From the human T2T-CHM13v2.0 reference genome, Homo sapiens, in NCBI RefSeq assembly GCF_009914755.1, contig NC_060934.1: a stretch of 64,000 nt of DNA; one strand, 5' to 3'. Positions 1-64,000 of the stretch are shown here, one piece after another. Under the pieces are notes generated by a model. The model searched no databases, was not told the DNA's origin, and worked only from the letters and a program-made list of their open reading frames with translations. Positions within the stretch are counted from its first letter, which is position 1. Each line of letters opens with the position of its first letter. The translations under genes and the position numbers were made by a program.

Positions 1-157
1 AATCTCTAACAAGTTATATAAAAAATTTTAAACTTAAGATAAAAAATATTTTAAAGACAATTGCTCTATGATAAATTCAGAAGAAATGCTTAAATAGCAC
101 TAAGGTTTACCAATATAACCTCAATAAGTAAGCTGAACAAAGATTTCCAATTGGCTA

Positions 158-10009
<9,852 letters not shown>

Positions 10010-10203
10010 TCATTCTTCCCTTCTGGCTGAGCCCGCTGACCCCTTGCCAACTCCTCCGCCCCCGGAGGCCAGTGGGCCGCCCCTGCTCGGTGAGCTTCCT
10101 GAAACTCCCTCTCCCAAGGGTCGCTCCCGGGTGGAAGGCACTAACTGAGAAGAAGCCCAGCCGCAGGCTCGCGAGGAAAGCCGACCCCTCGGCCGCGCCT
10201 CAC

Positions 10204-10290
10204 CGATCAGTGACGCATCGCCCCCGCCCGCACGTGCAGCCGACTCCCGCGCCGAGCCAACCGCCGCCAACAGCCGGCCCCGCCCACTCG
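10204..10290 (-). other. ERLIN1: ERLIN1 non-coding first exon (5' end approximate)
   Basis: GATCG|GTGAGG donor at 10204/10203 inside the CpG island, upstream of the 9879 acceptor. Confidence 0.75.
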
Positions 10291-11149
10291 CCCAGCACTG
10301 CGGCTGCGCGGGGACGCACACGGCGTAGCCCCGGCCCGCGGCTAGTGAGACGGGGAGCGCATGGGACAAAATTCTCCTAGCCGCGGGCCGCGCAGGCTCC
10401 TTTGGAGGCAAGTCGCTTTCTGTACACTGCTGGTTAACTGCTTCGGAAGAGGACAGCCCGCAGTCTGGAGTGAGCAGCGAAGCAGAGAAAAGGAGACGGC
10501 CTTTCGGACAAGGGACTGGTTGGTTTGTTCTTGTGCAGAGAACCCACTCGCTCACTCTCAAACGGTAGCTGTTCGGTTTATTTGTCCTTTTGCAGTGTAT
10601 GCGGAGCCCCACTGTGTGGCACGCACTTGCTTCCGGCAGAGATCCTGCCCTTCAGGAGCAACTAAACTTGTTGCAAATAAAGTGCTGTGAAAGTTCAGAA
10701 GAGGAAGATATTAGATATAACGGCATCATTCTCTCGTTTTTTAAGTGTTCCTATTATGTGCCAGAATGCTGGTCCAGTGAGGGCTTTATGAAGGCCATCC
10801 AGACTACAGGAACAGAATTGCTAAGCACATGGGGCGGGAGGCGGAGGGAATCCTCCAGGGAGACCAAAGTAAGTACTTCAGTTTCCTTGAAGGCTTGTGT
10901 GATGGGAAGGAGTGCTATGGTAGGCGTCACTACATATTCTGTTCGTTTTAAATTAAAAAACCATGGGCACATATTGCCAAAAATAAAAAAGGGAAGGAAA
11001 AAGGTATAGTTGGGAGATAGATGAATACAAGAGAAATTAAGGACATTAATGGTTTAAGCCTTGAAAGGCTAGAGGTGGAACTATAACTGGACAAGGTGGA
11101 CTAGGGTTGTAAAGTCCTCTAACCCAGCGGACGGGGTGGGGGTGTGTGT

Positions 11150-11404
11150 GGGTTGGGGATGAAACTGTTCCACTTCAGATCATCAGGCATTAGATTCTCA
11201 CAGGGAGCCGGCAAACCTCACATGTGCAGTTCACAATAGGGTTCGCGTGCCTATGAGAATCTGATGCCACTCGCTAATCTGACAGCAGGCAGAGCTCAAG
11301 GCGATAATGCTCACTCGCCCGCCGCTCACCTCCTGCTATCCGGCTTGGTTCCTAACAGGCCACTGTCTGGTTCCGGTCCGCGGCCCAGGGCTTGGGGACC
11401 CCTG
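11150..11404. mobile_element. MER1-like hAT-Charlie fossil
   Basis: gaaactgttccacttcagatcatcaggcattagattctc ... ggggacccctg terminus. Confidence 0.75.
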
Positions 11405-12565
11405 CCCTCTTGGGTAGGGAAGTATGGGAAAGCAGTGCTTTAGGGCCAATGAATCTATAAAACGGCTGAAAGTGGAGACAGACTGTTGGCAAGGAAGTCA
11501 AGTGGTTAGGAAACTGCAGGCCCAGGGTTACTTAGTAGTGGAAGTAAGAAGAGGTAAATAGAATCAATCCGTCTTCATTAAAGCAAGACTTCCCAGACCA
11601 CTCTACCCACACCCTTCAATAAATACACTTACCTGTATCATTCATTTGATTTTTATTATCTAGGAATGTCTGGGACCTTATCTGTTCCAAATAAATGATA
11701 TTTGCAGAGCTTAGCTATTTTAACTTCCAAAAAGCAAAAAGAATGGAAAATAACTTGCTCCATACCCTGTTTTCTGTAGACATTCTCTGAAGTTTTTCAT
11801 AATATTGCTTAAAGAATGAAATGTATACAATTCACAACTGCCATTCCCCTCTGAAAAGTTGTTACCCACCAAAAAATAGTGGTCCAACTCATGCATCAAA
11901 AGCAAGTTTGGGGATCCCACTATAATAGTCTGTTCTGACTCACACCATCTGCCCAAATTATATAGATCAGGCTGCCCTGACATAACCCCAGCCACACACC
12001 AGCAGCGGCCCCCACGCTATAACAAATCTTTAACCAATTATTAAAATATTAGAAAATGCATGACCATTGAAAATAATCCTTAACAATAATTGCAATGCTT
12101 GGATGGCTTGTAATGTTCAGACTCCCAGATAAGCACTTTTACTATACTGCCTATGTTGTTTCAGATCTTGCCATCTAGCTTAATACCCTCCAAGTAACAG
12201 GTACCCAATAAATGTTTATTACTAAAATCTTCTAAAACCAGGGAAACAAGAGAGAGACTGCCTATTATAATAGATGACGAACAGTGATATGTGATGACTA
12301 AAAAATTTGGTTGACTAGGAAAATGATACCACTAGCAAAAATGGGGATGGTGGGGCTGTGACATCAGTTTATAGGGCAAGAATCGAGCATGTTTTTTAGA
12401 TGTAGATAGTGGTGATAGGACATCTCAGAGGAAAACACTCTTAAAGAAGTTGCCCAATACTACCTTTACCATAAGTCCTATTATTCCTAAGGAAAGTACA
12501 GTTATTCTATGCTCTTAATTCCACTTCATGGAACCTTCATATTTTCCTAAGCCATATTCAACTGT

Positions 12566-12628
12566 TTTATTATAATCTGATTTTTATAATGAATAGAGAT
12601 CAAGAAAGTAATTTAAAAACCATTTAAT
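12566..12628 (-). terminator. CHUK: CHUK poly(A) signals: ATTAAA (12623-12628) and AATAAA (12566-12571)
   Basis: Hexamers at the end of a ~1.25 kb AU-rich 3'UTR. Confidence 0.7.
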
Positions 12629-12714
12629 ACACAAAGTGAAAAACTATTAGAATATAAAAGCATTTCACATTTTTTAAGACAAATAATATCTTCTAAATTA
12701 CTTAGCAGATGATA

Positions 12715-13032
12715 GAGGTCCACAGTCCTTTCTCTGAAACCCTTGGGGCAAGTTGTTTCAGAATTATGAAATTTTAGATTTTAGAAAAGTAGTTTTGTGC
12801 ATATACCATACTACATTAACCAGCCCTCACCACAGTCTGTGGCAGCAGCCCTCCCTCTCATCATCAAGCAGCAAAATAAAGGAATATTCACACTAAATGG
12901 GATAAAAAGATTCAAGGTCAGTTCAGATTAGATTGCAAGCAAATGAATTTTGTCACCAAGCTTATGGAAACCTTGTTTTCAGAGCTTTTTGGATTTTGGA
13001 ATTACAATTACAGATAAAGGAGTGCAGACCTT
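12715..13032. mobile_element. Tigger/TcMar-type non-autonomous DNA transposon inside CHUK 3'UTR
   Basis: Imperfect ~24 bp terminal inverted repeats (12716-12739 vs 13008-13031) flanked by TA. Confidence 0.7.
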
Positions 13033-13839
13033 TATAAATTTGTATGACAAGACATGAAAGATTGTTTAAACAAATGACTCATTTTTACAAATGAAAAAAC
13101 ATGTAATTTTCAAATACATTATAAATTAACAGGCATCTTCTCTTTGATATTATTAAATGTACATCTTAAATACATATACACACAACAACATGATTTATGA
13201 AAGCCAACTAATATTAGAAGCACAGATACACAATCCCTTCGATGAGAAGGGGATACTGTTAAATTTTCAGTGGAATTTAAAATGATTACACCAACTCCTT
13301 ATGATGCCAGGAAGAGAACCTGTTCAGTGCAACACAAGGAGGTAGAATTTATTCTTCAAGAAATAGAACTTGTGAGCAGCCTTTTTAGAAAAAAACACAG
13401 GTAGACTTTTACTTAAAATGCCTATTACTTGAGGTTTTCTTCTCTGTATACAAAACTACATTTGGTCTTACGCCCAAAAGTTAAAAGTTGACACTAATAC
13501 ATAGAAGGTATTTTTAATCAGTTAAATAAGTAATGTTTTACCAAGACTGAAGGCAAATGTGTCGTGATGATGCTTCTAAATAGCTGTGGTATTAAAACAA
13601 ATATTCAAACAAGTACATTGACTTTTTCTAAATTCCTGTCTGTTTAGAGGCTTGAATTACTCAAAACTGTTATACTTGTAAAATCATGTTCTTCTGATCA
13701 TAGTAGAAATGTAGTTTCTGTTCATAGCCATTTCTTCCATTGACTGATGTCTGAAGAATGGTTTCATGGGGGAAAAACACATTTCCAACATGTATAGCAA
13801 CAACTTCCATAGGTTTGGGGACAGTGAACAAGTGACAAC

Positions 13840-54544
<40,705 letters not shown>

Positions 54545-54559
54545 TGATTTAAAGGCTGC

Positions 54560-55431
54560 GAAATCGTTAAAATACTACGCTAGCAGGCCCACTAATGAAT
54601 TAGCCTTCTTGTTCACTGACTTCCCAATACACCTGCTCCAGGATATCCCCTGTCATCCCAAATGACTCAAGAATGTGACGCTATTCCGGAGTGAAGAGTG
54701 TTTCTCGGGATTTCGCGAGCTTTTTTCCTAGATGCCTCACAGAGCTTGCTGTCCGGCAGTCCAGTTATGGGTTTGCCAGCACAGTAGTTCATTGTGAGAA
54801 GTGTTTCTAATGGGTGCTACAGGGCTGCAGAGGCAAGCTTTGGGAATGCTGTTGGTGCAGCAAGTGCTTCCGGGTGGCGGATTGCCATAGCATAGGGGAA
54901 ACAACTCCTGGTCTTCCATTTAAGAGGGTCATACCTTCACTGTACCTGGGGGATCTCAATACTCCAAGTAAAGGAATCAGCATGGAATCAAATTATTGAT
55001 AAATGTGATGCTGCAACCAGAATGTTGAGCACTGCATGATACAGACGAAGTCGATGTTGTAGGTCATTAGTAACATGTGGTATGGGAGGTTCTGGTTTCT
55101 GTAAGTGCATGGTTTCCATGGACTTGGAGATGATGATGCCTCTGAGGACATGTCATTTAGAGCTGGGCAGACCGCACAGAGAATTGTGGTACAGATTGTT
55201 GTAACAGTATGAAGCCCTCTCATTTGCTGTATGTACAGCATGGCCAGTGCTAATGTGCTCAATTTCCGTAGGTGGGGCTGTAATCTCGTAATTCCCAGTC
55301 AAAAGAGGTAGGAAGGGATGCTGAGGACCCAGGGATACTGATGATTGGGCTGACCCAGAAGTGGCCATCTTTGTGGAAACCAGGTTGGTTCCCTTGGTTA
55401 ACTTTTTAAATGCCCCCATTCCCAGGGCCAT
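54560..55431 (-). pseudogene. Decayed intronless BPI/LBP-family (TULIP fold) coding relic
   Basis: Colinear motifs across frameshifts: GFHKDGHF, SVSLG, RASYCYNNLYHN, VCPALND, YHAVLNI, ITFINNLIP, IPQVQ*RY, LQPCST, LETLLTMN, DSKL, SVNKK; by-eye alignment to remembered BPI/LBP sequences. Confidence 0.6.
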
Positions 55432-55442
55432 GAGTAATTTGA

Positions 55443-55833
<391 letters not shown>

Positions 55834-56672
55834 TAAAATAGAGGTAATACCTACCTCACAGAGATTTTGTGAAGATTAAATGAAACAGTGTCTGGACCAT
55901 AAGTGCCCAATATAAAGGTAAAAATATTTTTCTTTTTGCGCCTAATATGTAGCATTCTCTTTGCTCCTTCTCTATGTAAATGTTAGATCACTATTTTCAA
56001 GCACTCCTTAAATACTGATATTTCTCAGGTAATCATCTTCAGCTCAGGACTGTATTTACCCTATCTTAATTTCACCTATGGCCTATACCCTGATGATCCC
56101 CAAAGCCCTGTAACCAACCCAGGTACTGATGAGTTTAGAACTGCCCAGCAGCACAACAGACACATATTAGATATATCAAGCACCTAAAACAATATCCAAA
56201 GGAGAATTATCTTTTTTTTCTTAAATCTGTCCCTTCTATTCCCCATTAAACTGTAATCTCTGGGACAACAGGGACCATATTGGGACATGACTATGGTCCT
56301 GGAGCTTAGAAAAATGCCTGGCACATAGGAGTTAAATATCCGAAGGACTAAATGGGCTCTTATCTATGAATAAGATGAATGCTTTAAGAGAAAAATAGCA
56401 AAAGCCTTGGATCCCTTTTCCACTTTGGGTTGTTCAGGGAGAAACTGCCCTGTGTGATTTTGGAGTAACAGCTGGGCCTAAAGCTCTAGCCCCTGCTATT
56501 ACACATACTACTTCATTTCAACGGTCACAGGCAACATGAACACAAGACACTTCTCAACCATGGAAAAACATCTGGATTTCATTTGGTAGTTTAAAGGTTT
56601 TTGAAAATGTTGATATACACAAGCTGTACTTGGAGCTGGATAACAGACATAGGAGCTGGATGACAGACATAC

Positions 56673-56971
<299 letters not shown>

Positions 56972-57120
56972 TAACATAGGATTTTCATCCTAGAATGACT
57001 TTTCCCCAAAAAGATTCAATCTTAGGCCTCTTGCTGTAGGCAAGTTCCATGGGACTGCACAAAAGAGGCAGGGAAACAGTCCCCATGGGAGATTGTAGTT
57101 TCTTTAAAAATAGGCTTCTA

Positions 57121-57438
57121 GGCCAGGAATGGTGTCTCATGCTTGTAATCCCAGCAGGTTAAGAAGCCAAGGCAGAGGATCCCTTGAGCCTAGGCATTAC
57201 AGACCAGCCTGGGCAACACAGGGAGACCCTCCTGTCTCTATAAAAAATCAAAAAAGTTTGCCAGGCATGGTAGCATGCGCCTGTGGTCCCAGCTACTCAT
57301 GAGGCTGAGGTGGGAGGAACTCTAGAGCCCAGGAGGTTGAGGCTACAGTGAGCCACAGTTATGCCACTGCAATCCTGCTTGGGTGACAGAGCGAGACTTT
57401 GTCTCAAAAAAAATTCTTTTAATTAAAAAAAAAAAAAA
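57121..57438 (+). mobile_element. Alu (J-type) in CWF19L1 3'UTR (antisense to mRNA)
   Basis: Dimeric Alu ending 46 nt from the stop codon. Confidence 0.95.
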
Positions 57439-57484
57439 GCTTTACTACTTCCTGTGGAGTTCATAAAAAGTTCTTCCCTTTGTT

Positions 57485-62598
<5,114 letters not shown>

Positions 62599-62904
62599 TT
62601 ATTAATAAAAATTCTTTCTTGAAAAAATCTGATTTTAGAGATTGTAGCAACAATGTTCTCAGGTATCCGCTGAAGAGTGAGATTCGGCATGAAAATTTCT
62701 ATGCAAGTAGCAAATGAACTAGGAGCAAATGAATTGGGAGAGGCACACAAGCAGGCTTTTGGCTTCAAACACACTGAGCTGAGGGAGACCAGAACAAATC
62801 GCTGGGTTTTCCCTCCCATGCTCCAAACTTGAAAACAGTTTTTCAGTTTTTATCACCCTCAACCACAAAAAGATACAACTTCTGATTTCAAAATGACCAC
62901 TTTC

Positions 62905-63324
<420 letters not shown>

Positions 63325-63599
63325 TTAAGCTGCTGACTAAATTCTACAAAACAAAAGCAAACATACAACCTAATGGGGTAGAAGGAAAGTAAAACCTCAA
63401 ACTCAGATGCATCCAAAGAGGCAGAAAAGAATGATTTCCAACAATGGATGTCAGCCTTTAATGGCAACTAAAAATATTTCTGTAAAAACCAAAACATGCA
63501 AGAATGGTCTACCACTCAGATATTCTCTGATGGGAAGATGCCATGAGTGAGCACAGAAGGGCCCAATGAGTACCAGTACAGGCAAATATAGATACGTTA

Positions 63600-63941
<342 letters not shown>

Positions 63942-64000
63942 TCAAAGTTAAGGCTGAAGGAAGGAATCACTTCTCATCTATAATAAGAAAGTCCAACAGA

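Larger units (their letters stand above)
12550..13839 (-). other. CHUK: CHUK 3'UTR
   Basis: Between stop codon and poly(A) signals; seed matches for miR-23 (12664-12671), miR-15/16 (12867-12873), miR-223 (12917-12923), miR-148/152 (13324-13331), let-7 (13339-13345). Confidence 0.8.

Noticed and set aside
54737-55262. Resemblance to Penelope-like or RTE retroelement proteins (LMTYN, NTSHN, TGHAVH)
   Set aside because: Only scattered short words; the BPI/LBP reading explains more motifs in order. A Dfam search should still exclude it

Overview
Human genomic DNA (dense Alus, including an AluYa5 with all diagnostic positions) matching the ERLIN1-CHUK-CWF19L1 cluster, which I recall being at 10q24. 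All three genes are on the minus strand in tandem. The window holds the 5' part of ERLIN1 (a non-coding first exon plus 5 coding exons; the gene continues off the left edge) and the complete CHUK/IKK-alpha gene (21 coding exons that join to 2238 nt = 745 aa + stop). It also holds the last four exons of CWF19L1 with the intronic H/ACA snoRNA SNORA12. Most ORFs in the supplied track are Alu or microsatellite artefacts. The most unusual signal is a heavily decayed, apparently intronless BPI/LBP-family coding relic on the minus strand between CWF19L1 and the CHUK promoter (about 54560-55431). A weaker N-terminal-like fragment sits in the last CWF19L1 intron (about 58660-58991). Together they suggest a lost innate-immunity gene next to IKK-alpha. 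Other points: miR-15/16 and miR-223 seed sites inside a DNA-transposon fossil in the CHUK 3'UTR, an inverted Alu pair in the CWF19L1 3'UTR, a minimal uORF in ERLIN1, a CGCG-palindrome plus ETS-CRE promoter, a Z-DNA tract, and two apparently non-reference coding alleles. Gene, repeat-family and variant names are from recall, not database searches.
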